From the NCBI RefSeq assembly GCF_028641065.1, contig NC_073410.1:9238001-9302000 (forward strand): DNA of 64,000 nucleotides, read 5' to 3'. The DNA comes from Leucoraja erinacea (Eukaryota). The translations under genes and the position numbers were made by a program. How positions within the stretch are numbered: the first letter of the stretch is position 1; every line of letters begins with the position of its first letter. The notes under the pieces were generated by a model. It made no database searches, was not told the DNA's origin, and saw only the letters and a list, made by a program, of their open reading frames with translations. Positions 24,298 through 36,038 of the stretch are shown here, one piece after another.

Positions 24298-26317
24298 CAC
24301 TTAAATGCGTTGCTGAAAATAAATTTCCGCAGAACCTATTCTCATTTCATGTTTTATAACTCTTTTAAACAAAACACATGGACATAATCCACTTATATTC
24401 TATTCCAAAGCCTAAGATTGAAAGATTCTCTAACACAGTGAATTACTGGTACCAGAGAATGGTATCTTTTGTGCCAAGCAGGTGCTTACCTTATTCTTCC
24501 AGAAATAATACAATGAAAATGGATCATAAATTTGTCGCGGCCTCCTTACATTCGACCAAAACAGGAGAGAAGGTGGTGAGAAGACATGGAGATCAGGGGT
24601 GGGGAGAGAATAAAATGGAGATGAGAAACAGGACTCAGAGAGAGCTTTCCTTAGGAACCAGAAACCAAGAAGTGAGCAAGAGCAACCATGGACGACTAAT
24701 CCTTTTGTTCTTGGGTTCAATCTGCCTGTCATCAACATCAACCACATCCCACCTATGAAAGTCACGCTCATTAATTCTTCACAACCCCTTGACAAGGAAG
24801 ACTGAGCACCACTTTCAGTCAAGAGAAGGTTGTGGATTCATTTCACTTTGACTCTCATCCTGACCATCATCCTAGACTTCATCGAATAGCCTACCATTTC
24901 ATCCAAAGCCTGGCTCAGTGGTGTTCTGAAGCCGCTGACATCCATTAATAGCAATCTAATGAGCCCTAATCTCTTTCTTTGGCTGTTTTCTAATGATTGA
25001 GTTGCCAGACTGGAGACACATCTGATCATATAATGCTTATGAGGGGTCAGTGGCCATTTATCCCATCTATTCATCTTGCGTATTACCAAATCTCATTCTC
25101 ATGCAAGGAGTCACTTTGGCATCACAGGAAACCAAATAAAGCAGACAGTCATGTTATGCGATAAGACTGTTTCAAGTTCACTTCATTTGATTGCAGCCAT
25201 CTATTTCCAAGTATATTCTATTAAAAAAGGGAACAATTTCCTGCTTTATCTTCAGCATATCATAAAATGAATCTAGCAATGCCCCAATGATGAAATGTCA
25301 GCCCTGCTTTCCCCTGTGATTTGGTCCGTAATTACCCATCTATCAACATCACAACAACAGATGATCTGATCACTTGCCTCATTGCTTTTTGTGGAATCAT
25401 ACTGTATAAATTGGCTGCTGCATTTATTCACACACTAATAACTACATTACCAAAGTATTTCATTCGCAGTAAAATCATTTGGATATTCAGACATTGTAAA
25501 GGGTATTGGATAAATTCAATTTTTTTCATTCTATGAAAACATTTCTGCTTCAAGTAACAATAAACCAGAAAATAGAATGAAACTGCTGTATTCTCGCTGT
25601 CTTTCAAGTATGATTTAATGGCCTTCATTGTTCATGAATAAATAAATGTACTGTTCAACACGTAACTGAGTGTACAAACTGGAACAGCCTCAGATCAAAC
25701 CTCTAATCTGTGGTCAGACACCAATCAGGCAACAATTCTCCTTAGTATTCTGGGTTTCTGCTTCTGACTCTGCCGAGTGTGGAATTTCTCTGAGCTCTAG
25801 CTTGTTCTTGACTAAGATTACATGATTTCCATGCATTTGCCTATTGCTTTGTCTCAAAAAACACACTTATAATTCATACTACTGCAAGGTTCACTCGTAC
25901 CCCAGCTAGGACCATTTGAATTTTGTCAGATTTATAAGGGGTCAGTGGCCATTTATCCCAGCTATTTATCTTGCCTTTTACTAAATCTCATGTTGGGAAT
26001 CACCTTTTGCATTTCAAAGTCACTTATTCTATTTAAAGTACAAAAGGAAGTTGGTGCCTGGTGCTTGTTAATTGGCTGTATGATGAACTGAAAGCATTAG
26101 CAAACTGCAACTTAGTTGATTGTCACCTTGGGACAAGGTCATTCTGAGGAGGTAGGTTAATTGGGTTGTATTGTAAATGACAAAACAACTCTCTGAGAAG
26201 GGTGCTACAATGATCTGGGCAAACCTCAGGGTGGACAGAGAAATCGTTTTCATTATGTATCCAGTGCTGTTCACCCACCACAAAATGCGCCCTGGGCACA
26301 GTGGCAGTGGCAGAACC

Positions 26318-26445
26318 CCTCACTATGGGTGCTGTCTGTACTGAATTTGTACGTTCTCCCTGTGACCGTGTGTGTTTTCTCTAGGTGATCCAGTTTCCTC
26401 CCAGGTTCCAAAAACATGTAGGTTTGAAAGTTCATTGGGTCTGTA
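26318..26445 (+). mobile_element. Partial HE1/V-SINE-like SINE core
   Basis: GGGTGCTGTCTGTACTGAATTTGTACGTTCTCCCTGTGACC matches the core of the other SINE copies. Confidence 0.7.
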
Positions 26446-26459
26446 AAGTCAGTCACATG

Positions 26460-26604
26460 CAGTGGCGGACTGGGTCTAAAAATATTGGTTGCCAGGAGAC
26501 AAAGGGGGCCCACTTCATCAGGGGCCCACTTGATATAGGGGGCCCACTTCATCAGGGGCCCACTTGCCATCGGGCAAGCTGATACCCTGGCCAGTCCACC
26601 ACTG
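26460..26604. mobile_element. hAT-type MITE, 145 bp
   Basis: 14-bp TIRs CAGTGGCGGACTGG / CCAGTCCACCACTG (one mismatch). Perfect 8-bp TSD GTCACATG at 26452-26459 and 26605-26612. Four internal GGGGCCCACTT repeats. Confidence 0.9.
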
Positions 26605-27289
26605 GTCACATGGCATCTTCAGTCACATGGCTTGCAGGTGGCTTGGTTGACTTTGGGAAGAATCTCTTCCATTCTCCCAACAGATGGTGTGGTTATAGTA
26701 TGATAGAATAATGCTTGAGGTTCCAACGTTTATTGAATGAGGCAGTCTCTTTAGAGAAACTCTTTTTCTCTCTTGTTCTCTTGTCTCCCTGTGCTGCAGC
26801 AAGGAAGAATGTCATTGTCCCGTCCGGGACATATGACAATAAAACACTCTTGACTCGACTCTGGACACAGCTTATCATTCTTCAATACTGCACTGCCTCC
26901 TCCAATATAAAAGCTTCGCTGTAGCATTAGCAAATAGAATTGGGTTCTACAAGAAGTCTTCTCTGTAATGCCTTCATACTAGTTATCTGAAATTGTGCAA
27001 GAAAGTGATGATTTGGTCACTCTCAAGATCTCCTCACATAGCTACAAGGACAAACATTTCCTCTGTCTAGATCAGAAACAAATACTTTCTTCTTTCCTGG
27101 ATTGGTTCAGCTCTAATAATATTCAAGAAGCTCTACCAGAGCAGGACCAAGCTGCCTGCTTGATGGTACACAATATACTAGCCTAAATATTAATTCCCTC
27201 CTGTGGCAATGCAAAGTGGTTGAGAGCAGTTACTTTCCTGGATGACGCTGATATAGTACCACCCAAACCTGCATCCTTGGCTATCAATA

Positions 27290-27785
27290 AGCTGGATAGG
27301 GTGCAGAGATAAACTGGAATGGGTGCAGAGAAGATTTACAAGGATATTGCCAGGACTTGACGGCCTGAGTAGTGGTTGAGCTGGCTAGGATGTTATTCCT
27401 TGGGGAGCAAGAGGATGAAAGGTGATCTAATAGCACCACATAAGATCATGAGGGGAATTGATCGAGTAAATGCACAGAGTCCTTTACGCAGAATAGGGCA
27501 ATCAAGAACCAGAGGGCATAAATTTAAGCTGAGAGTGGAAAGATTTAATAGGTATCTGAGGGGCTTTACACACAAAGAGTGCTGGGTATGAGGAACAAGC
27601 TGCCAGATTGGTTGATTGAGGCAGGTACTATAAGGACACTTAAAATATATTTGAACAGGTACATGGATAGGAAAGGTTGTGAAGGATATGGGCCGGCAGG
27701 CAGGTGGAACTAGTGTAGATTGGGCATTTTGGTCAGTGTGGGAGAGTTGAGCCTAAGGTCCTGTTTCCATGCTGTATGACTCTAA
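27290..27785 (+). mobile_element. CR1 LINE 3' fragment
   Basis: SLGSKRMKGDLI...KIMRGIDRV...SRTRGHKFKL, followed by a 3' UTR ending CTGTATGACTCTA. Confidence 0.85.
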
Positions 27786-29479
27786 TAAGAAAAAATAGAG
27801 CATGTGGCTCTTCAAGTTGCACACCAACCAGATTTAGAAACATATCGTGGTTCATTCATCATCCTACCTCCCAACCTAATGTAGTATTGTGAGAGTACAT
27901 TCACCAGCAGTGTTTCAAGAAAGTGGCTTACCATTACATTCTGAAAAGTAGTCAGGAATTGGCAATAGATGCCTGACTTGCCAGTGGTAGCTTGATCTAC
28001 AAAACAAATTATAAAACATTCAAAGCATTTGGGGAATTGTGGATTGAGGATTCCATAAAAAGGAAGCAATTCCACAGCTGATCCACAGCAATCAGTTTTT
28101 ATTTGTTTATTTTGGGAAATGGAATCTTTACTAATATAACCAAGCAAGAGATTAAATGGTGCAGGTGATATTAATTCATTTCTCATGAAGCACAGAATGT
28201 TCTGGAGCAAGGGGACATAGACTCGTGCTAGGCTATTTCTTCGCTCCATAGATGCTGCCACACACGCTAAATTTCTCCAGCAATTTTATCTACCTTAGAC
28301 TCATGGTAAACTACTTATGGGAGAATAACTACATTGAACTGGTGGGCTTTGGATTTTCATTGATTGAGTAAAATCAAGATGAATTCTGATAGATGTTTGG
28401 ACCACAGAGATGAAGTATGAGAGTGGATAAGGGAGGGGATCAGCCACAATGAATGATGGAACCGTTTCAAAAAGCTACAGGATTTGCTCTGAATCCTGCT
28501 TTTTATATTCTTAAAGAATACCATACTTATAATGGATGCAGATTCATCATTTATGGCTATTGGCTAAATAGACATGAACCTGATTTCCATGTTGAGAGAA
28601 GAAAAGATTCAAGGATGTGGTCTCCTCAAAAAACTGCAACATTCCATTGACTTCAGGGATATTTGGCCTATGAGCACTTGAAATGGAAAATGAGGAATCA
28701 AAATAATAATCAGAACCTCAGGTCCATGGGTTGGGAGCACAAAGAAACTCAACGTGATAGGTGAAAGGAGCGCACCACCCCACAAACTACCCAATACCCA
28801 CACCATCAAGAACCTCTTGCCCAACTATGAATGATTATGCTGTTCTCACATTGATCAGAACCACAGGTAGAGGTGGAAGCAAGTCCTCCTCAATCCTGAA
28901 TGATTACCTGACAAAAAAACCCTAAACACACTTTAAAATTATAATTTGGCTTCTAGAAGGAAGTGCTGAGAAATAATCAACATGTCATAAGGTCATTTCA
29001 TTATTTTTGTGGACTGAAACAATTTTTAGTCCAACCATAGAGCTTTCAACACCATCTCCACATCTGACACCACACACAGGGCTGTGCGAGTCATCGCATA
29101 CTCAATGCACGAGGTTGCCTTTGGGACTAGCTAGATGGCATTTCATGATATGAAAGAACATTCTGTTGAGCTTAAATATAGTTCTGACTGACAATTTCGA
29201 CCTGATTTCTTGATTACTGATGACACATGGAGTGTAACTTGCACCTGTCCCACCTAGGTAATAATCAAGTGGTGTAAGTGGACATACACAAATGGACACA
29301 AATTATACATTATTTTAATTGTCAATGGGTTGAGAATCAAGCAGATCTACAATTAAGGTGGCGATGCATTATCTCCCAAGTATAAATTGGTCATTTGGTT
29401 CATAAAATTAGTCATAATTCAACTCTCTAAAGAATTAATATGTTTGGTGGCAGATGTCTCATTTAAACTTGAGATTTAG

Positions 29480-30110
29480 AGTCAACAGCAGATACACCAT
29501 CTACACTAGTCCCACCTCCCTGCATTTGCCCTACGTCCCTCTAAACTTTTCCTATTATTGTACATGTCCAAATGTATTTTAAATGTTATAGTACTTGCCT
29601 CAACTACTTCCTCTGGCAGCCCATTCCATACACCCACCTTGCTCTGTGTGGAAAAATTGCCCCTCAGCATCCTATTAGTTCTTTCCCGTCTCACAAACCT
29701 GTGGCTCTTGATTTCCCAACTCTGGGCAAAAGACTACATATCCCTCATGATGTTAAACACCTCTATAAGGTCACCCTCATCCTCCTGTGCTCCATGAATA
29801 AAGTCCTAGCCTGCCCAACCTCTCCCTATAGCTCTGACCATCAAGTCCTGGCAACATCCTCAGAGTTAGATGTGGCCCTTGTGACTAAAGGGATCAGGGG
29901 GTATGGAGAGAAGGCAGGTATGGGATACTGAGTTGGATGATCAGCCATGATCATATTGAATGGCGGTGCAGGCTGGAAGGGCCGAATGGCCTACTCCTGC
30001 ACCTATTTTCTATGTTTCTATAATTCTCCTCTGCACTCTGTAAAGCTTAACAACATCCTTCCTATAGCAGAGTGACCAAAAATGAACAATATAGTCCAAA
30101 TGCGACCTTA
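29480..30110 (-). mobile_element. CR1 LINE fragment (minus) with a younger plus-strand CR1 3' end inserted at about 29863-30020
   Basis: Minus-strand ORF GNFSTQSKVGVWNGLPEEVVEA. The insert is nearly identical to 8870-9026. Confidence 0.85.
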
Positions 30111-30578
30111 CCATTTGTAATGTTAGAACAAGTGTTCCATCTTAGTGTGCAGTTTCAACATTTGATCCTGGGAGTGAGGATTTAATTGTGAAGAGGCATG
30201 AGAGATGTTGCTGCACTTTTCACAAGAACAATCAGCTATAAAAGCAGGCCTGTTCAAGGGGTTCAAAGGTATTTATAAATAGCAGCAAACTCTTTCCACT
30301 GGTAGGTATGTCAGTAACTATGGGGATAAATTTACAAACGTCATGGAAAAAGTGGGGGGATTAGGAAAGGTTTCAACGCAGGGGGATGCTGTGACAAGAA
30401 ACAATGGGGAGACAGAATTCAGAAAGGTATTTAAAAGGGAAATGGATAAATGGCTGAGGGAGAGAAAAGTACAGTGTCCTCCATAATGTTTAGGACAAAG
30501 ACCCATCATTTATTTATTTACCTCTGTACTCCACAATTTTGTGATCGGGGCTTAGCGGGGCTCCTTTACTGGATGTGA

Positions 30579-30888
30579 TTTTAGTTTAGTTCAGAGATAC
30601 AGCGCGGAAACAGGCCTTTCTGCCCACTGAGTCCGAACTGACCAGCGATCCTTAACACGACATTAACACGATCCTACACATGCTAAGGACAATTTACACT
30701 TATACCAAGTCAATTAACCTACGTCTTTACAGTGTGGGTGGAAACCGAAGATCACTGAGAAAACCTACGCAGTCACAGGAAGAAAGTACAAACTCCGTAC
30801 AGACCGCACCCATAGTCGAGATCAAACCCAGGTCATCATAGTCGGGATCAAACCAAGCAGCACTACCGCTGCACCAATGCGCTGCCCC
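30579..30888 (-). mobile_element. HE1/V-SINE-like tRNA-derived SINE
   Basis: A-box-like TGGTGCAGCGG and B-box-like GGTTTGATC on the minus strand, a conserved central core, and a CTAAA-repeat tail. Confidence 0.8.
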
Positions 30889-31574
30889 TATCTGATCTGA
30901 GTAGTTCCTGGGAAATTCCATCATTCTAAGGGCAGATTGACATTCATAAAATGAAAATGAAACTAAATTATTTAATCTCAAAATAAATGCTTCGAGAATG
31001 TGATCTGATGTTTTTTGCAGAAATTGGCGCAAAAAGTGAGAAAAGGAGGATGATTTTCAATGTAACATGAGAGGTTTGTCAAAGCAGAAGTTACAACAGG
31101 GAAATTAACAAATATGTGAAAAGGAAAAAAATGCAGGGTTCTAGTAATGGAATACAGGAAGTGGAATCAATTGGATATTTATTTCAAAGAGTTGGCACAG
31201 GCAAAATTAGTCAAAAAGCCAAAATGTGCATGCACCAAAAGCTTTTCACTATATCTCAGTGATAATAAACTAAACTAAACTAAAGCAAACTAAGTGTTTA
31301 ACCAAGAGACGTGTTGCTCTGCCTTAAGTCTCTGTGAAATACTGAGCACTGGGAATGCTCTCTGGCAAGGATTCAGCAGCTGTGCTTTCCCATATCAAAT
31401 CCCATATCACCATTTCCACTCATTCCAACAAGCAGACAGGAACTCGGTTCAAGCTCTGATTTAAAGAACAGTCCTTCAGAGACTGTGGCAATGGAAGAAC
31501 AGTGCCCGTGTCCACAGATAATACTCTGTTAACTGAGCCAGGTGATGTCACCATCGATCAAGCCAAAATGCGGG

Positions 31575-31712
31575 GTGGGAGATTGCAACCTTCACATGGT
31601 CCGCCCTGTTTCGACAAATGCAATCAACCTGCTGTGCACAATCAAATAAAATCAAATAGAACAAGTTGTCCTACAACTTTAGGCTGTGCACGCCATACGC
31701 AAGAAGAAGAAG
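31575..31712 (+). mobile_element. Short retroposon 3' end with (AAG)n tail, family unassigned
   Basis: A second copy at 35230-35288 plus 36039-36123 is split by an L2 insertion. Confidence 0.7.
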
Positions 31713-32094
31713 CCAAAATGCTAGCAAGCAATGTCCAAAGAGCTTCTCACCTTTCCTATAGTCAGAACTGCATGCCTCGTATTCAAATTCTCTGTCAAGC
31801 ATTCAGCCGAGAAAAGGATGACCTTTTCTTTCCATCAGCTCATTGAGAGTGACCTTATCCCTACCCAAAAACAAATAAAATCCAGTACCGTCACAAGATG
31901 TGGGGCAAATCTGTAATTTATTGTGGGAACAATATTTAGCAATAAATGAGAGCAGTCCTCAGAAAATATGTTTTCTATATGCCCTTTGTAATTTCGTGCT
32001 AAATTTACAAATAGTTATAGGAGATTGGCGAGAAGCATAATAAATGTTGTAATCTTGAGGTTTTTTTAATTGCTTTGCAAGCTTCTATGCAAGA

Positions 32095-32218
32095 AGAAGG
32101 GTTTCGGCCCGAAACGTTGCCTCTTTCCTTCGCTCCATGGATGCTGCTGCACCCGCTGAGTTTCTCCAGCATTTGTGTACCTTCGATTTTCCAGCATCTG
32201 CAGTTCCTTCTTAAACAC
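32095..32218 (+). mobile_element. Young Penelope pLTR-derived short element
   Basis: GAAGAAGGGTTTCGGCCCGAAACGTTGCC...CCAGCATCTGCAGTTCCTTCTTAAACA; near-identical to 38914-39033 and to the reverse of 33685-33770 and 41006-41098. Confidence 0.8.
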
Positions 32219-32709
32219 TTCTAAAATACTTAATTGTCCCTTTACTTTTCACTTTAGTTCATCTTCTCAAAATAATCCATTTAATTGATCCTTCAACGAG
32301 TGAAAATATTTTGAGAATGTGCAATCTATGTGCCTTATCTGATTATGAACTGCGCTGGTGACCCCATATTGATCTGTCATGCGAATTAATTATCTGCAAC
32401 ATGATCTGTCACTGCCTCGATTTATCTACTACCATTCATGCTTTTGTTCGATCATTTTTAAACCTAATTTTATCTAATCCCTGCTGCCTGTGTCCTAATT
32501 GATACTCATTATATTTCTGAGTACATTTTCCAGTTCCATTTATCTTATTATCAGCATCATATTAGAGCAACACAGTGAATGAGTGAGGTAGGTTTCAACA
32601 ACTTGTATAAAATTAACTCATAGGAGAATAAAATATTTTGGCACTTCACAGAATGTAATCAGATAAAAATGAACACCAAGCCAAATTTGGAGATACTGTC
32701 GTATCATCA

Positions 32710-33435
32710 CCAGGGGCGTGGCATGATTGGCAGCCCCGCCAACTGTCTGTCCGTTTTTTCATCTTTTTTACTTTTAGGGCGTGTTAAAAGTTTGTGTAAA
32801 TGTTCTCCAGTTTGCTTTATGTGGGGGTCGGGGGAAACTTTTTTTTCTATTCTTACCTTGCCGGGGATGCGATTACTTTTCAGGTCGTGACTCCGGTCGC
32901 TCTGCGGCCTAACATCGATGGAGCTGGAGGCATCCTCGGACTGACCTTGAGTGCACCCGTGGGATGTGGACTTAACATTGGAGTCAATCCCTTGCCTGGG
33001 ATCGCTCCAACCGCGGCCTGTAGGCTTTACATCGGGAGCTAGCAGTTTCGGGAGAGACTGAGTCGGGAAGCTGCAGTGTCGTGGAAGGTTCAACCAGCCC
33101 CAACGCGGGGTTCGATCGCCGTCGCGGGGGAGCCGACATCCCCCCGATGCAGGAGCTGATCACCCCAACGCGGAGGGCCCAAATGCCGCCATCTATGGGA
33201 GTCAAGATTGTTCCCGTCAATGGAGGGCTCGAGGCCCCTGACCGCGGGAGAGCTAAGGGAAGAGATTTAACTTTTTTTCGTCCTCCATCACAGTGAGAAA
33301 TGTGGAGGGGTGGCAGTGGTGGATGTTCATGTGTTATGTGTGTTCGTTGCTTTTTATTGTATGACTGACTTAGCAAATGAAATTCCTTGTATGTTGCAAA
33401 ACATACTTGGCTGATAAAGTATTATTGTGATTGAT
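32710..33435 (+). mobile_element. CpG-rich interspersed repeat, probably a non-LTR retroelement 3' region
   Basis: Abrupt GC/CpG-rich block in an AT-rich intron, ending GATAAAGTATTATTGTGATTGATT. No recognisable protein in any frame. Confidence 0.5.
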
Positions 33436-34509
33436 TCTTTTCAGAGGAGACTTGAATTTTGAAGTGATTTTTAATCTTTATATTCATATTTCAAATTGTC
33501 ATCAATTTCATGTGATAACATTGAATAACAAACCACCAAATGGTAAGTAAAATTAGAGTCAATGCACATTCTGACAATCTCCTACACTGTATATTTAGTG
33601 GCACTCGTTATTGGTGGTAATGTACCCTGAATAAAGTTTAACATTTAAAATCAGAGATATCTCACAAGAGCAATCTGAACATTGGTACACAAAAAAGCTG
33701 GAGAAACTCAGCGGGTGCCGCAGCATCTATGGAGCGAAGGAAATAGGCAACGTTTCGAGCCAAAACCCTTGATTGGGCTTGAATGCAATGGACCTCTGTT
33801 GACTTAAACCAATTAGATGATGCATATCAGCTTGAAGAGACCCAAATCCATGCTCCTCTGTTGTCCTGCAACACTCTCCTGACAATGAGCAAGTCTATGA
33901 GAAATTTCCTTTTGACCAAACAAATAAAAATGCTTATATCCCAACATCATAATATGCTCATATTTCCAAGGACCTGACCAATCAACTACTTTTCAGCTAC
34001 CCAGTTTACCTCATTGTCCTTCTCAACATTTATCACAAATTATTATTTCCCCCAATAATGTTTCTCTGGCCACAAATAAATGTTTCAATGGACACAAATA
34101 ACATAGATGTTTGATATGGACTGCAACTTAGACATGTCTTGGCTGCAACATTCACTATCCTAACCTTAAATGCCACCATTAATCTCTCCAAAATCCAGCA
34201 TCACAAACCTTGCTCAGACCTGTTTTACACATTTTCTCTGAAAACGTTCCCCAGTGCCTGCTTTTCCCACTCCTTCACTTTCTTTTTGCACTCACTACAC
34301 TCATTAGACACAGGTCTCATTACTATACCTATTCCAAACTGATAAGATTTATTTTTAACCTGAATCTATTCTGCAGCCTCTAATTCTAATTGAAAGGCAA
34401 GACTGCTCACCTGCTCATTTTGAACCGTTTCTGTTATCAACATTACAACTGCATCGCTGCCTTAAACTGAATGTGACATTGGTAACACACAGACAATGAA
34501 AAATAATTG

Positions 34510-34628
34510 TGTAGGAAGGAACTGCAGATGCTGGTTACATACCGAAGATAGACACAAAATGCTGGAGTAATGCAGCAGCATCTCTGGAGAGAAGTAAGGG
34601 GGGTGACGTTTCGGGTCGAGACCCTTCA
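34510..34628 (-). mobile_element. Penelope pLTR-derived short element
   Basis: GTGTAGGAAGGAACTGCAGATGCTGG...GGTGACGTTTCGGGTCGAGACCCTTC. Confidence 0.75.
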
Positions 34629-35049
34629 AATCGGCAACTTATTTAAAGTAGTGTAGATTTGCAATCTTCTGAACAAAGAATGACTGAATTGACAATTATT
34701 TTCATACTCTATCAGAACATGAGGATACAAGTATCCTGAAAATCTGAAATATCTGTGGTGTTGGCAATGGAGACAGCTTGCTGGGAGGGATATTTCTGAT
34801 CCAATACTGTCAGCTCACATACAGGTCACAAACATGCTTTTTTCCCGTATTATTTATACCATCTGTTTCCACTTTCCAATGTGATTACTGTTCCAGCGAA
34901 GTATGTAATCACCGATCAGTTGCTAAAGCCGAAAAACAGGGCAAGGAATAAAGCAGTTATCTGGAATCACAGAATTACCTTGCACAGAAGAAGGCTATTT
35001 GAAACATGATGTCTGTGCTGGCTATGTGAAAGCGCCATGGATATACTTG

Positions 35050-35207
35050 GAAGATAGACACACTTAGCGGGTCAGGCAGCATCTCTGGAGAAAAGGAATA
35101 AGTGACGTTTTGGGTCAGACCCTTCTTCAGTCTGACCTGCTGATTTGCTCCAGCTTTGTGTGTCTATCTTCGGTGTAAACTAGCATCTGCAGTTCCTTCC
35201 TACACAT
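35050..35207. mobile_element. Penelope pLTR-derived fold-back element
   Basis: GAAGATAGACAC...GACCCTTCTTCAGTC...GTGTCTATCTTC...GCATCTGCAGTTCCTTCCTACAC. Confidence 0.7.
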
Positions 35208-35288
35208 GGATATACTTGACATTGTTAAAGGGGTGCGAGATTGCAACCTTCACGTGGTCCGCCCTGTTTCGACGAATGCAATCAACCT

Positions 35289-36038
35289 ATGTCATTAAAA
35301 CCTCCTTCTTTCATCTCCGCAACATCGCCAAACTCAGACCCTCTCTCACACCGCCCGCTGCTGAAAGATTCATCCATGCCTTCATCTCCTCCCGACTGGA
35401 CTATTGCAACTCACTTCTCCTTGGCATCAGCTCCACCTACACCAACCGACTCCAACTGGTCCAGAACACAGCCGCCCAACTCATCACCCATACCAAATCC
35501 TGGCATCACATCACTCCAGTCCTCAAACAACTTCACTGGCTTCCCATCTCCCACCGGATCACCTACAAAATCCTGATCCTCACCTACAAAGCCCTCCACC
35601 ATCTCGCCCCCCCATATCTCACAGACCTCCTCTCCCCCTACCAACCCTCACGGTCCCTCAGATCCACATCAGCCGATCTCCTCTCCATCCACGTCCAACC
35701 TCCACAGTTTTGGGGACAAAGCCTTCTCCAGGGCAGCTCCCAGGCTCTGGAACTCCCTCCCCCAACTGATCCGCGTGTCCCTCACCATCTTCCAGTCCCG
35801 CCTCAAGACCCATCTCTTCACCTCTGCCTATCCTTAGCCCCACGTGCCGTCCCTTTTCATCTGTGCATTAATTGCCTCATATTGTGTTTTGTATTGAATT
35901 CTGTATTTACTTTGTGTACTAGTCATGTCTCTACTATTTATTTCATTCCCCTTACATGTTTTTCCTCTACCTGCTAAATTTTTGTAAGGTGTCCTTGAGA
36001 CTCTTGAAAGGCGCCCATAAATAAATGTTATTATTATT
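35289..36038 (+). mobile_element. L2-clade LINE 3' fragment
   Basis: FFHLRNIAKLRPSL...IHAFISSRLDYCNSLL...HITPVLKQLHWLPI...APPYLTDLL is a classic L2 ORF2 C-terminus. AATAAA and (TTA)n tail; flanked by an AACCT duplication. Confidence 0.92.

Noticed and set aside
26500-26570. Regularly spaced GGGGCCCACTT repeats resembling a mini CRISPR array
   Set aside because: Eukaryotic context, spacers of only a few bases that are themselves repeated, and located inside a hAT MITE.
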